In this document: in pieces, positions 27,615 to 38,596 of the stretch
Position numbering within the stretch: position 1 is the stretch's first letter
Layout of the letters: each line of letters begins with the position of its first letter
Assembly (NCBI GenBank): GCA_934096945.1
Contig: CAKOND010000007.1
Span: 3,063-67,062, forward strand
Direction: 5' to 3'
Origin: an uncultured Bacilli bacterium
GTDB lineage: Bacteria; Bacillota_I; Bacilli_A; RF39; UBA660
DNA: 64,000 nt
Notes under the pieces: generated by a model
Databases searched by the model: none
What the model saw: only the letters and a program-made list of their open reading frames with translations
What the model was told of the DNA's origin: nothing
Position numbers and translations under genes: made by a program

Positions 27615-29723
27615 ATGAAAGTATCAGAGTATGCAAATGATGTAAATTTATCTGTAGCAGAAATTTTAAAAAAATGTCATGAATTAGCAATTAATGTTAA
27701 TACAAAAGATGATTATTTAACAGATGATGATATCATAATGCTAGATAACACTATTAATTTAATTAGTACGGATGAAGAAATTACTTACGAAGAAGAGGAA
27801 GATATCGAAGATAAAGTAGATGAAATAATGACATCTTCCAAAGTAGATAAAACTATGAAAGAAAGTGTAAGTAAAGAAAAACTTAAGAAAAAAGATGCTA
27901 ATAAACAAGAATTTAACATGTTAAAGAAAGAAATGTACAAGCATAAAAATAAACTTATGAAAAATGAAACAGACGAAAATATTGTGCTTTACAAAAATGG
28001 CATGAGTGTTAGTGAATTTGCGAGTGTTTTAAATGTTGGTGGAGCAGAAATTATTAAAAAATTAATGGAAAATGGTTTAATGTTAAGTCTAAATGAGCCA
28101 ATAGATTTTGAAAATGCAGAAATTATAGCACTTCTTTACAATAAAACTTTAAAAAGAGAAGAAACACAAGATGTTACTAACTTTGAAGAATATGAAATAA
28201 TAGATAAAGAGGAAGATTTAGTAAAAAGACCACCAATAGTAACGATAATGGGACATGTTGACCATGGTAAAACAACACTTCTTGACTATATAAGAAATAC
28301 CCATGTAGTTGATAAAGAATTCGGGGGAATCACACAACATATCGGAGCTTATCAAACTAAATATAAAGATGAACTTATAACATTTATTGATACTCCAGGT
28401 CATGCAGCTTTTACAGAAATGCGCGCCAGAGGTGCATCAGTTACCGACATCGTAATTATAATAGTTGCAGCTGATGATGGGGTAAAACCACAAACGAAAG
28501 AAGCAGTTGATCATGCATTAAGTGCAAACGTACCAATTGTTGTTGCTGTTAATAAAATTGATAAACCAGATGCAAACATTGATAGAGTTTTAACAGAAAT
28601 GGCAGAAATCGGAATAACGCCGGAAAGCTGGGGTGGAGATATTCCATTTATAAATATATCTGCTCATACAGGTGAAGGAATTGATTTACTTCTTGAAACA
28701 ATTCTTACAATTGCTGAAGTAAGTGAGTTAAAAGCTAATCCAAATCGTTATGCAGTCGGAGCCGTTATTGAATCAAGACTTGATAAAAATGTTGGTGGTA
28801 TTGCATCATTCCTAATTCAAAATGGAACACTTAGAATTGGTGACCCAATCGTTGTTGGAACAAGTTATGCTAAAGTAAGAACAATGAAAAACGATCGTGG
28901 TGAATCAGTTGTTGAAGCCGGACCATCAACACCAGTTGAAATAACAGGTTTGACTGAAAATCCAGCAGCAGGTGATAAATTTATGGCTTTTGAAACAGAA
29001 GCAGAAGCTAAATCTGTAGCAGAAAAAAGAAAAGACGCTGCTAAAATGAATGCTGGTAAAGATAAAAAAGTATCACTTGATGATTTATTTGCAAGAGTTG
29101 ATGCTGGAAATAAAGAAATTAATGTTGTCTTAAAAGCCGATGTTCGTGGTTCCGAAGAAGCAGTAAAAAATGCCTTAGAAAAAATCAAAGAACAAGATGT
29201 TTCTGTTAAAGTTATAAGAAGTGGTATTGGTGCTATTACAGAGTCCGATGTAGTTTTAGCTAGTGCATCAAATGCTATCATAATTGGTTTTAACGTTGTA
29301 GCATCATCTAGTGCTAAAGATATAGCCAAAGACAACAATATTGATATAAGATTATATACAATTATCTATAAGCTTGTCGAAGATATCGAAGCTGCTATAA
29401 ATGGTATGTTAGATCCAGAATTTGAAGAAAAAATACTTGGTGAAGCTGAAATTAGAAAAATATTTAAGTTTTCTAAAATTGGTAACATTGCTGGTTCCTA
29501 TATTACAAGTGGTACAGTAAAAAATGGTGCTCTTGCTCGTGTTATACGTGATGGTGTAGTAATTGCTAGTGATGAAAAAATAGCATCCCTTCAAAGAGAA
29601 AAAGACACAGTTAAAGAAGTTAAAAAAGGTTTTGAATGTGGTATTACTTTGGAAAAATTTAATGATTTTAAAGAAGGCGATACTATCGAAGCTTATGAAA
29701 TGATCGAGGTAAAACATGCCTAA
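27615..29723 (+). CDS. infB: Translation initiation factor IF-2
   Basis: GTPase motifs GHVDHGKTTLLD, DTPGH and NKID. 702 aa. Confidence 0.97.
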   Translation: MKVSEYANDVNLSVAEILKKCHELAINVNTKDDYLTDDDIIMLDNTINLISTDEEITYEEEEDIEDKVDEIMTSSKVDKTMKESVSKEKLKKKDANKQEFNMLKKEMYKHKNKLMKNETDENIVLYKNGMSVSEFASVLNVGGAEIIKKLMENGLMLSLNEPIDFENAEIIALLYNKTLKREETQDVTNFEEYEIIDKEEDLVKRPPIVTIMGHVDHGKTTLLDYIRNTHVVDKEFGGITQHIGAYQTKYKDELITFIDTPGHAAFTEMRARGASVTDIVIIIVAADDGVKPQTKEAVDHALSANVPIVVAVNKIDKPDANIDRVLTEMAEIGITPESWGGDIPFINISAHTGEGIDLLLETILTIAEVSELKANPNRYAVGAVIESRLDKNVGGIASFLIQNGTLRIGDPIVVGTSYAKVRTMKNDRGESVVEAGPSTPVEITGLTENPAAGDKFMAFETEAEAKSVAEKRKDAAKMNAGKDKKVSLDDLFARVDAGNKEINVVLKADVRGSEEAVKNALEKIKEQDVSVKVIRSGIGAITESDVVLASASNAIIIGFNVVASSSAKDIAKDNNIDIRLYTIIYKLVEDIEAAINGMLDPEFEEKILGEAEIRKIFKFSKIGNIAGSYITSGTVKNGALARVIRDGVVIASDEKIASLQREKDTVKEVKKGFECGITLEKFNDFKEGDTIEAYEMIEVKHA

Positions 29724-30066
29724 GTACAAAATAGCTAGAATAGCTAGTGATATTCAAAGATATCTTGGTGATATTTTAATAAATGAAGTAAATGATGATA
29801 TTTTAAAGCATATAACTATCACTGGTTGTGACTTAACAAATGATTTAAGCTATTGTAAAGTATATTTTACTTCATTTGACAACTTAGATAAATCAACTTT
29901 AGAAAAAGAAGTTAACGAAGCTGCACCATTCATGCGCGGAAAACTTAGTGAAAAACTAGAAATCAGACATACACCAGAACTAAAATTTATTTATGATAAA
30001 TCGATTGCCTATGGTGAAAAAATTGAAAAAATAATAGAGTCAATAGACAAGGGGGAAATAAAATGA
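29716..30066 (+). CDS. rbfA: Ribosome-binding factor A
   Basis: RbfA-like KH fold strings (ITITGCDLTNDLSYCKVYF, IRHTPELKFIYD). Overlaps the infB stop. Confidence 0.85.
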   Translation: MPKYKIARIASDIQRYLGDILINEVNDDILKHITITGCDLTNDLSYCKVYFTSFDNLDKSTLEKEVNEAAPFMRGKLSEKLEIRHTPELKFIYDKSIAYGEKIEKIIESIDKGEIK

Positions 30067-30644
30067 TTATAATGGTAAGTAAAATACCACCAAAATATAA
30101 ACGGATAGTTCTAGAAGAATATTACAAGTTCTTTCAATCAATAAATGGAGAAAAAGATATTTTAAATAAAAATCTTCGTTTTACAACTGATAAAAATAAA
30201 TTAACTAATAAAGAATTAAGAAATGAGTCTTTCATGGATGCTCTTAAAACTGTAGAAAATGATTATAACAATATTATATTTTTGTTAACATTCGAAGTTG
30301 ATGGTAGCCTAACATCAGTTGCAAGAATACAATTAACAAAAGAAATAATTCGCATATGTGATATTGTTTATCTAAATTATCCAGATGATATAGAAAAATC
30401 AATGTTATTAAGTGAAATAATGCATAAAGTTGAAGAAATGGCTAGTGTAAATAAACAAAATATCGATTTTGAAATTCCTTTAGAAGATGAATTAACTTTA
30501 TGTTTTGCTAATGCGTACGGATTTGTTGATTTAACTCAAGATAATAGAATTTTTCGTGTACTCTTATTAACTAAAGTTATGAAAGAAAGAGAAATAAATG
30601 GACAAACTCTTAGTCGTAAACAAAAAAAAGAATCTAACAAGTAG
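30063..30644 (+). CDS. Hypothetical protein inserted between rbfA and truB (possibly a degenerate GNAT-like fold)
   Basis: ATGA overlap with rbfA and a 47-nt overlap with truB. No acetyl-CoA binding motif was recognised. Confidence 0.45.
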   Translation: MIIMVSKIPPKYKRIVLEEYYKFFQSINGEKDILNKNLRFTTDKNKLTNKELRNESFMDALKTVENDYNNIIFLLTFEVDGSLTSVARIQLTKEIIRICDIVYLNYPDDIEKSMLLSEIMHKVEEMASVNKQNIDFEIPLEDELTLCFANAYGFVDLTQDNRIFRVLLLTKVMKEREINGQTLSRKQKKESNK

Positions 30645-31437
30645 AGATGTAGTTAATAATTTAACAAAAATATTTAATACCAAAAAAATAGGCCATACAG
30701 GAACTTTGGATCCACTTGCAACCGGGGTACTTGTATGCCTTTTTGGTAAATATACCAAACTAGTTGATTTGTTAACATCTTTAGATAAAGAATATATCGC
30801 CGAAATAAAGTTAGGCATAAAAACTGACACCGGAGATATAACAGGTAAAATATTAGAAAATAAAAATTTTAATATAACTAAAGATAACATTATAAAAGTA
30901 TTTGAAAAGTTTCCTAAAAAATATGAACAAACAGTGCCAAAATATTCAGCTATAAAAATAAATGGTAAAAAATTATATGAATATGCAAGAAATAATATTG
31001 AAATCGAACTACCAAAACGTGAAGTAAATATATTTTCTCTTGAGTTAATTAGTTTTGAAAAAGACATAATTAAATTTAAAACGCATGTTTCCAAAGGAAC
31101 ATACATTAGAAGCCTAATTGAAGACATTTGTGAAAAACTAAAAACTATAGGAACCATGAATAATTTAATTAGGACTAAACAAGGAAATTTTGATATTAAA
31201 GATTCATATACTTTAGATAATATAAGAAATGGTAATTTTAAATTTCAAAACATTCACGAATTTTTAAAATATCCAAGTATAGAAATAAATGATGAACTAA
31301 TTAAAATTATAAAAAATGGTGGTAAAATAAAAAATATTTATAAAATTGATAATAGGGTTATATTTACCTACCAAGGGAAAGATATAGCAATATATGAAAA
31401 AAATAATGAAACTTTAAAACCTTATATAATGTTTTAA
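30598..31437 (+). CDS. truB: tRNA pseudouridine(55) synthase
   Basis: KKIGHTGTLDPLATGVL catalytic Asp motif and a typical N-terminus. Confidence 0.92.
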   Translation: MDKLLVVNKKKNLTSRDVVNNLTKIFNTKKIGHTGTLDPLATGVLVCLFGKYTKLVDLLTSLDKEYIAEIKLGIKTDTGDITGKILENKNFNITKDNIIKVFEKFPKKYEQTVPKYSAIKINGKKLYEYARNNIEIELPKREVNIFSLELISFEKDIIKFKTHVSKGTYIRSLIEDICEKLKTIGTMNNLIRTKQGNFDIKDSYTLDNIRNGNFKFQNIHEFLKYPSIEINDELIKIIKNGGKIKNIYKIDNRVIFTYQGKDIAIYEKNNETLKPYIMF

Positions 31438-31511
31438 AGTTTTTTAAAATTATTCTAAAAACAATTGTACATAATATTAATATATGATAAGATAAAAAAA
31501 GGAGGTAAAAC

Positions 31512-34500
31512 ATGGCCATAGATAACATTGAAGAACTTATAAATAAAACCAACATAACAGCTTTTGTACACACTAATGACATTGTAGATGGCAAAAAATA
31601 TGATGTTAATAAAATAACTGCTTTAAATCAAAAAGAATCATTTGGTTTAGCGGGAAAAGTAAACTATTACTGGTATGAAGTTGATGATGAAAAAAAGCCA
31701 ACATATTATGATGTATCAATAATTATTGAAAACAGCCAAAAAATAATTAGAACATCATGTGATTGTAGAGATTTTCGAAGTACTCGAAGCTGTAAACACA
31801 TCGCGGCAGTAATTTTAAACAACTATGAAGAGATGTTTGGCAAAACATTTGCAAATATTCCTAAAATATCAAATGAAATTCTAAAAAAATTTATATCTAA
31901 CGAGGAAAATATAATAAAAAAAGAGCTTAATATAAATTTAATAATAAATGTGAATGAAAGATCAGGTAATTATTACTATTATTATAATTCCATGCAGTGT
32001 TCGATAAAAATAATGCTTGGTGATGAAAAATTATATACATTAGGAAATCATGCATCAGCTTTTAAAACTGTATATGAAAATGGATGTGGTGAAGTATACT
32101 TTGGTAAAAGTTTTACCTATGATCCTAAAAAATATTATCTAAATAGTGAAGGAGAAACAATTTTAAATTCTTATTTTAGTTTTTTTGAAGAATTAAGGTA
32201 TAATTATATATCACCGGCATCTTTAAAAAATTTTCTAAGCAAGTTAAAAGACGTAAACTTTGTTATTAATAATTATGTAGTAGATGGTATAAATGAATAT
32301 TTTCCAATAGACACGAGCTTAATAAAAAAAGATAATAATTATGAACTTGATTTTGATCTTGAAAATATTAATCCCCTTATATCTGATGATTATGAATATG
32401 CATTTTATAAAGGAAAACTTTATCATTTAAATAATAAAGAACAAGAACTAATTAATGAATTAAAACAAAATGAGTTAACTAAACTCATAATAACTAAGGA
32501 AAGTATTGATGATTTTAACAAAGGTCTTTTAAAAGTAGTTAGAAAAAAATTAAAAATAGATGCATCAGTGGATGATATAGTACTTCCAAGTGAAATTAAG
32601 CCAAAACTATATTTTGATATTAGAAATGATTGTGTATTAGCTAGTATTATTTTTGTTTATGACACTAAAGAAGTAGATTATTTTGATAAATCAAGTAAAG
32701 TGTTGCGAGATATAAATTTTGAAACTAAAATTTTAAATGATTTAGGCAAATATGGTTTTTCTATTGAAAATGAAAAGATAGTTTTAAAAGATATAGAACT
32801 TGAAGTAGAATTTTTAGAAAATGGACTTGAAGAATTGGCTGCAAAATATGAAATTTTTACCACTGAAAAGTTTAAAAATGTCAAGGTTAAAAAGAAAACA
32901 TCAGTTTCATCAATGTTTGGTATAGGTCAAGATAATATTTTAAGCTATAACTTTAATCTAGGAGATATAAATAGTGATGAACTTGTAAATATTTTTGCGA
33001 GCATGAAAAATAAGAAAAAATATTATCGTTTAAAAAATGGTGATATTCTAAATTTAGAAGATGAAGCCTTGCAAGAACTAAATAATTTAACTGAAGAATT
33101 AGAACTAAGTGATGAAGAGATTATAAACGGTAAAGGTAGTATTCTAAAATATCGTGCTATTTACTTAGATAGTATAAAGAAAACCAAATACAACATTATT
33201 TCAACAGATAATCTATTTGACAATTTTATAAAGAATTTTTACGAATATAAAGACTGCAAATTAAATCTAACCGATACAAGTATTCTTAGAGATTATCAAT
33301 TAATTGGTGTAAAATGGCTTTACAATTTAGCCAAAACTGGATTTGGTGGTATCCTGGCAGATGAAATGGGTTTAGGAAAAACAATTCAAGTAATATATTA
33401 TATAAAACAAATGTTAAAAGATAATGAAAAAACTAAATTTTTAATTGTGGTACCAACATCTTTGGCTTACAACTGGGAACATGAATTTAAAAGTTATGGA
33501 AATGAAATAAAACGCGTAATTTGCATCGGAGCAAAAGAAAAAAGAAAAAGTATTTTAAATAATTTAGAAGACGTAAACGTCTTAATAACAACATATGGAC
33601 TTTTACGTGAAGATGAAAAGTTATATGAAGATTTAAATTTTAACACTATGGTAATTGATGAAGCTCAAAACATAAAAAATAATCATGCTGGTATCACTAA
33701 AGTGGTAAAAAATATAAAAGCAGAAACCAAATTTGCTTTAACAGGAACTCCACTTGAAAATTCAATTTTAGAATTATGGAGCATATTTGATTTTATAATG
33801 CCAGGATATTTAGCAAATTTAACTAAGTTTCAAAGTAAATATAAAATTAAAGATTTTGATGAAGAAGGCGAAATTTTAATCAAAGGGCTAAGTAAGCAAA
33901 TCAATCCATTTATTTTACGAAGAAAGAAAACAGATGTTGTAAAAGAACTTCCAGAAAAATTAATAAATGATATATATATTGATTTAAAAGAAGAACAAAA
34001 GAAAATATATGTAGCGGAACTAAACAGAGTAAAAGAAGAAATGGATAAAATAATGAAAGAAGAAGGAATGAATAAAGCTAGATTTTTAATATTACAACTT
34101 CTTACTAAATTAAGACAAATATGTATTGATCCAAGTATAGTATACGATAATTATAAAGATGGTTCGAACAAAATAGAACAATTAGAAAGTATTGTAAACG
34201 AATATACTAAAAATGGACATAAAGTTTTAATATTTTCATCATTTAGAACAGCCCTAAATATTGTTAAAGATACTTTAAACAAATCAAAAATAAAAACATA
34301 TATGATTGATGGTTCTATTCCTGCTAAAACAAGAATGGAAATGGTAGACAGTTTTAATGAAAAAGATGATGTTAAAGTATTCTTAATTATGTTAAAGTCC
34401 GGAGGAACAGGATTAAATTTAGCATCTGCAGATGTGGTAATTCATTTAGATTTATGGTGGAATCCTCAAGCTGAAAATCAGGCAACAGATAGAGCACATC

Positions 34501-34700
34501 GTATTGGTCAAAAAAATACTGTTGAAGTAATTCATTTAATAACAAAAGGCACAATTGAAGAAAAAATATTAGAACTTCAAAATAAAAAGCGTGTTTTAAG
34601 TGACAAACTAATAGATGGGGAATCTAGAGATAAAAATCTTATATCTGAACTTACCAAAGAAGATATTGAAAATTTATTATCATATGAAAATAAAGACTAA
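31512..34700 (+). CDS. SNF2-family helicase with an N-terminal SWIM zinc finger
   Basis: SWIM CxC...CxH (CDCRDFRSTRSCKHIAAV). SNF2 motifs DEMGLGKT, DEAQNIKN, TGTPLEN, and helicase C (GGTGLNL, QATDRAHRIGQ). Confidence 0.9.
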   Translation: MAIDNIEELINKTNITAFVHTNDIVDGKKYDVNKITALNQKESFGLAGKVNYYWYEVDDEKKPTYYDVSIIIENSQKIIRTSCDCRDFRSTRSCKHIAAVILNNYEEMFGKTFANIPKISNEILKKFISNEENIIKKELNINLIINVNERSGNYYYYYNSMQCSIKIMLGDEKLYTLGNHASAFKTVYENGCGEVYFGKSFTYDPKKYYLNSEGETILNSYFSFFEELRYNYISPASLKNFLSKLKDVNFVINNYVVDGINEYFPIDTSLIKKDNNYELDFDLENINPLISDDYEYAFYKGKLYHLNNKEQELINELKQNELTKLIITKESIDDFNKGLLKVVRKKLKIDASVDDIVLPSEIKPKLYFDIRNDCVLASIIFVYDTKEVDYFDKSSKVLRDINFETKILNDLGKYGFSIENEKIVLKDIELEVEFLENGLEELAAKYEIFTTEKFKNVKVKKKTSVSSMFGIGQDNILSYNFNLGDINSDELVNIFASMKNKKKYYRLKNGDILNLEDEALQELNNLTEELELSDEEIINGKGSILKYRAIYLDSIKKTKYNIISTDNLFDNFIKNFYEYKDCKLNLTDTSILRDYQLIGVKWLYNLAKTGFGGILADEMGLGKTIQVIYYIKQMLKDNEKTKFLIVVPTSLAYNWEHEFKSYGNEIKRVICIGAKEKRKSILNNLEDVNVLITTYGLLREDEKLYEDLNFNTMVIDEAQNIKNNHAGITKVVKNIKAETKFALTGTPLENSILELWSIFDFIMPGYLANLTKFQSKYKIKDFDEEGEILIKGLSKQINPFILRRKKTDVVKELPEKLINDIYIDLKEEQKKIYVAELNRVKEEMDKIMKEEGMNKARFLILQLLTKLRQICIDPSIVYDNYKDGSNKIEQLESIVNEYTKNGHKVLIFSSFRTALNIVKDTLNKSKIKTYMIDGSIPAKTRMEMVDSFNEKDDVKVFLIMLKSGGTGLNLASADVVIHLDLWWNPQAENQATDRAHRIGQKNTVEVIHLITKGTIEEKILELQNKKRVLSDKLIDGESRDKNLISELTKEDIENLLSYENKD

Positions 34701-34750
34701 AAAAGAAATGTTAATTTAGTTCTCGAACTAAATGCATTTCTTTTTCATTT
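34701..34750. terminator. Hairpins at the convergent gene junction
   Basis: ATTTAGTT/AACTAAAT and the outer AGAAATG/CATTTCT stems, flanked by A/T tracts. They overlap the last codons of the minus-strand gene. Confidence 0.4.
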
Positions 34751-36156
34751 GTAAATAACTTTTCAAGCAATTGATATTCTATAGATAGATCAAGAGCAAG
34801 TCTAACAAGAACTTCTTTAGCTTTAGTGTAATCGCTACATACTATTTTTTCTTCTCCATCTGGTAAAATAAAAGTTTTCTTATTATGTTCATCAACTTTT
34901 ATATTACTTATTAAAGACGGGTGAACTTGATAAATTCTATTATGAAGTCTTGGTGCGCCAACAAATAAAGTTATTTTATTTAAAGGATCAACGACAAGTT
35001 GTGTTCCTGCAAAACCTGGAGACATAAAAGATCTACCAGAAAGTGGAGGATATACTGACAAAAATTCAGGATCAGGTTGTTTCAAATAAACTAAAGAGCC
35101 ATAAAATTTTGTATATTTATCACCATCTTTAAAACCAGTTTCAGTATCACTTATTGATAATAAACTTTCATGAGTTATCAAATTCTCATTTATCAAAGAT
35201 TTAGCAAATTTTAACATATCATCTTTATTTGAAAAAAATCCAGCATGACCGGGAGCAACTCCATATTTATGTCCTATCACATTTGCTTTAGGATCATGAA
35301 CACTTCCAGGTATATTATCATACCTAGTAATAGCCATATTATTTTCAAGAATAATACTTGAATAATTTTCATTAGCAACTTTTTCTAAATTATAAGAAGG
35401 AACATTTAAATAAGTATTATACATTCCACATTTTCTAAAAATCATAGTTTCTAAAAATTTATCAAACTTCATATCAGTAACTTTTTCGACCAAAACTCTT
35501 AAAATCATTGCTCCAATATCAGTATAAGCATTTTGTAACAAAATATCTTTTGGATAGGCTTGATATAAAATTTCTAAGGCTTCTTCCTTATTTTTAACAC
35601 TATCCACTCTTTTAGGTGTAACAACATTTACTCTAAACTTAAGCAAATCATATATTGTTGTATTACCCAAATTTTTAAATTCTGGAACATACATTCTTAC
35701 TGGATTAAAAACATCAATTAAATCCTCTTCTTCCAAAATTAAAATAGCTACAGCTGTAAATATTTTTGATGTTGAGGCTAAATCAAAAATAGTATCTTGT
35801 TCCATAGGTAATTCTTCTTTTATTAAAACTCCGTCTTTAAGTATAACTTCCTGTCTATTGCCACAAATAATAGTATCTCTATTCTTAAATGTTCCAAAAT
35901 CTAAAATAATACCAGGTGTAATTTTAGACTCTTTAACAAAATTATCTATTATTTCTTTAAGCCCACTTTGTAAAAATAATTTAAGTCTAAGAGTAGTGAG
36001 ACTCGCATGAGGATTTTCCCTAATTACTTTCATAACAGGTTTAAGTAATATTTCATAATCTTTTCTTCCATAAATATCTTGTAAACATGTAATATTTGTA
36101 TTATTTTGATTTTTAAGTAACGTACTTATATAATCTCGATAGATGTTATATTTCAT
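34711..36156 (-). CDS. Serine hydrolase of the beta-lactamase / PBP4-like (class C fold) family
   Basis: SxxK (ASTSKIFT) and a YxN-like motif (AYTD). The start is set at MKYNIY, which has AGGGGGA 6 nt upstream. The longer track ORF lacks an RBS. Confidence 0.75.
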   Translation of the reverse strand: MKYNIYRDYISTLLKNQNNTNITCLQDIYGRKDYEILLKPVMKVIRENPHASLTTLRLKLFLQSGLKEIIDNFVKESKITPGIILDFGTFKNRDTIICGNRQEVILKDGVLIKEELPMEQDTIFDLASTSKIFTAVAILILEEEDLIDVFNPVRMYVPEFKNLGNTTIYDLLKFRVNVVTPKRVDSVKNKEEALEILYQAYPKDILLQNAYTDIGAMILRVLVEKVTDMKFDKFLETMIFRKCGMYNTYLNVPSYNLEKVANENYSSIILENNMAITRYDNIPGSVHDPKANVIGHKYGVAPGHAGFFSNKDDMLKFAKSLINENLITHESLLSISDTETGFKDGDKYTKFYGSLVYLKQPDPEFLSVYPPLSGRSFMSPGFAGTQLVVDPLNKITLFVGAPRLHNRIYQVHPSLISNIKVDEHNKKTFILPDGEEKIVCSDYTKAKEVLVRLALDLSIEYQLLEKLFTNEKEMHLVRELN

Positions 36157-36259
36157 AAACTTTCCCCCTAAGATAAGCATATTATAGTAAAAGTTAAAAA
36201 ATTTGTCAATTTGTAGTGCATTATTTTCCAATTTGTGGTAAAATGAAAGTGGTGAAAAT

Positions 36260-37462
36260 ATGAAAAGGACAAATAAGACAGAAGTAAAATGCACAGATTT
36301 TGCTAATACAATTTATAGTATTAGAGTGGAAAGGAATCTAACGCAAAAAGAACTCGGAGATTTAATTGGCGTTTCCGACAGAACTATTTCCAAATGGGAG
36401 AATGGTACAACTGTACCAGATCTAGAGACAATTAAAAGATTATGCAAGGAATTGGATACATCACCAGATTCTATTATCAAATCAGAAAAGAACTTTAAAG
36501 ATAATCTTCATAGTTGCAAAAGAAAGATAGGTCGCTTCTTAAATTATATTTTGAAAAATATCTTTCTAATCGGTTTTGTAATAATGTTTACATTATTGCT
36601 AATATACTTTATTAATAATTATAATACGATAAAAATATATGATTTTACTTACGAAAGTGAAAATGTTTCTTTCAAAGATGGTTATTTCATCAAAACTAAA
36701 GTTTTAAACATAATAACAATTAACAATATTAATTTAAACAAAATAACCTATGAACCCACAAGTACAAAAGTGGAATTATACACTTACTTAAATGGTGATA
36801 AACACATTATTTATGAAAGTGATAAGCTAGATAATATTTATCTTGAGGAAAGCAAATCCTATACTGATTTATTAACTAAAGATGTCATTGAAAATATCAA
36901 GAACAATTTATATATTAAAATTTATACAACAGATAAAGACGATAATAATTATTCTTATGAAACAAAAATTACTTTAAAACAAAAACTAAACAATAATAAG
37001 CTTTGTTATAAAGAATACATCAAAGAGCAAAATAAAAATATAAAGGATTTGGGGATTAAAAATCCTTTTTTAGTGCCCACAACTAATGAGTATGAAAATA
37101 AAGACAATAATAAGCCCGTAGTTAATAATGAAAACAAATTAGAATCCTTAGGATTCACATATGATGATAAAACAGAAACATATACTAAAGTTGATAAAGA
37201 TGGTGGAATAATTGAATATAATCCCAGCGTTGAGACTTTAAAGAAAACTTTTTATATAAATAATAAGGAACATAATGTTAGATATTTAAGAAAAAGAAAT
37301 ATGGTTTTCTATAAGATAAAAGACAATGGTAAAATAATTCTAAATTTAAAATACTATAGTGATTTAAAAACATCAAAATGTTTAGTTGGCGATTGTAAAA
37401 ATTATCAAAAAGAAATTGACTACATTCTCAATGTTTATGCGGACATTATGAACATTCTCTAA
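36260..37462 (+). CDS. XRE-family HTH protein with a TM segment and a large extracytoplasmic domain
   Basis: HTH_3 (NLTQKELGDLIGVSDRTISKWENGTTVPDLETIKRL), a TM segment (IFLIGFVIMFTLLLIYFI), and an N/K/Y-rich C-terminal domain. Confidence 0.75.
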   Translation: MKRTNKTEVKCTDFANTIYSIRVERNLTQKELGDLIGVSDRTISKWENGTTVPDLETIKRLCKELDTSPDSIIKSEKNFKDNLHSCKRKIGRFLNYILKNIFLIGFVIMFTLLLIYFINNYNTIKIYDFTYESENVSFKDGYFIKTKVLNIITINNINLNKITYEPTSTKVELYTYLNGDKHIIYESDKLDNIYLEESKSYTDLLTKDVIENIKNNLYIKIYTTDKDDNNYSYETKITLKQKLNNNKLCYKEYIKEQNKNIKDLGIKNPFLVPTTNEYENKDNNKPVVNNENKLESLGFTYDDKTETYTKVDKDGGIIEYNPSVETLKKTFYINNKEHNVRYLRKRNMVFYKIKDNGKIILNLKYYSDLKTSKCLVGDCKNYQKEIDYILNVYADIMNIL

Positions 37463-37519
37463 AAAGAGAAACATAACTCCCGCGATTTTCTATTTCCTTT
37501 TTCGACATATTCTGCTACG

Positions 37520-38368
37520 ATGAATGTGGAACAGAGAGGAGGTGCACTTGAGCAGCTGAAAAAAATTATTATGACTATTCCGCTTTTGTTAATTATGATA
37601 ATCTCAACCAATGTAAAAGCAGCAAACTTAACAGAAGAAGAATATAATAGACTTAGAAACGTATTTTCAGAAACACGTATATCATTAATGAGTGACGAAG
37701 ACGCAGCAAGATATTTAAGTTATGATTTAGAACACAGCAACAAGGTAAGTAAGTACTATAAAGTTACAGAAACAGCAAATGGGACAATTACAACAGAAGT
37801 CAGCAAAGAAGAAGCAACAAATGCAGCAAATAGTAATATAGCAACAATTGGCACTTTATATACAACATCATATAAAAATATTCAGATTACAACTTCAAAA
37901 ATCACAACCAACAAATATTATGTTTACCTTACAAATGATTGGTTAATAACTCCTAAAGTAAAATCTTATGATGTAATTGCAATGAGAACTGACGATGCAA
38001 CTATAACATCAGGTTCTCAAATTGGAACTCAATTATATACAGTTAATGGAGTATCTAGCGGAGTAGATTATTCCTATAATGGTACTAATATGGTTCTAAG
38101 TTCAAATGGTTTTGGTATATCAATGAATTTGGTAGATGCCGCAAGTGGATTTACCTGTGATATTGAAGCAATAGTTACAGCAACATCTCAGTGGGCTACA
38201 GTATACGGTAGCTATCAACATGCAATGACAGCAGTTACACTAGCAAAATCAAAATCATACACAATAAGCCACAATGGTTATGGTAAAGTTATTAATTTTG
38301 CCACAGCTGTTCAAAATGATTATGATAACATGCAAGGAGTATCAATCTCACTTGGATACACAGCATAG
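37520..38368 (+). CDS. Secreted T/S/N-rich hypothetical protein; start uncertain
   Basis: Signal-peptide-like MTIPLLLIMIISTNVKA begins at the ATG at 37571. GGAGG at 37538 is not well spaced to any ATG. Confidence 0.5.
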   Translation: MNVEQRGGALEQLKKIIMTIPLLLIMIISTNVKAANLTEEEYNRLRNVFSETRISLMSDEDAARYLSYDLEHSNKVSKYYKVTETANGTITTEVSKEEATNAANSNIATIGTLYTTSYKNIQITTSKITTNKYYVYLTNDWLITPKVKSYDVIAMRTDDATITSGSQIGTQLYTVNGVSSGVDYSYNGTNMVLSSNGFGISMNLVDAASGFTCDIEAIVTATSQWATVYGSYQHAMTAVTLAKSKSYTISHNGYGKVINFATAVQNDYDNMQGVSISLGYTA

Positions 38369-38596
38369 CATATGCTCCGAAGCATCATCATATCAAAATG
38401 CTATAAGGGCATATACAATTTGTAGAGGTTATAAATGGTACTTAACAACAGTAAACTTAATAGTGTAGGAACTATAACGAGGTTTGTGTTTAACATATAT
38501 AAACTTATTTAAATTAACGCTTTTGTAGTAACGAAATTTTCATCATAGAATATTGCAACAATTTCCTAGTAATCCACTAGCATTTTAATAGTAGGA

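Noticed and set aside
38370-38596. Non-coding stretch between the secreted protein gene and spoIVA, including track ORF 38274..38468
   Set aside because: The ORF overlaps the end of the preceding gene in another frame and has no RBS. Apart from the sigma-E-like promoter, I could not support any feature there.
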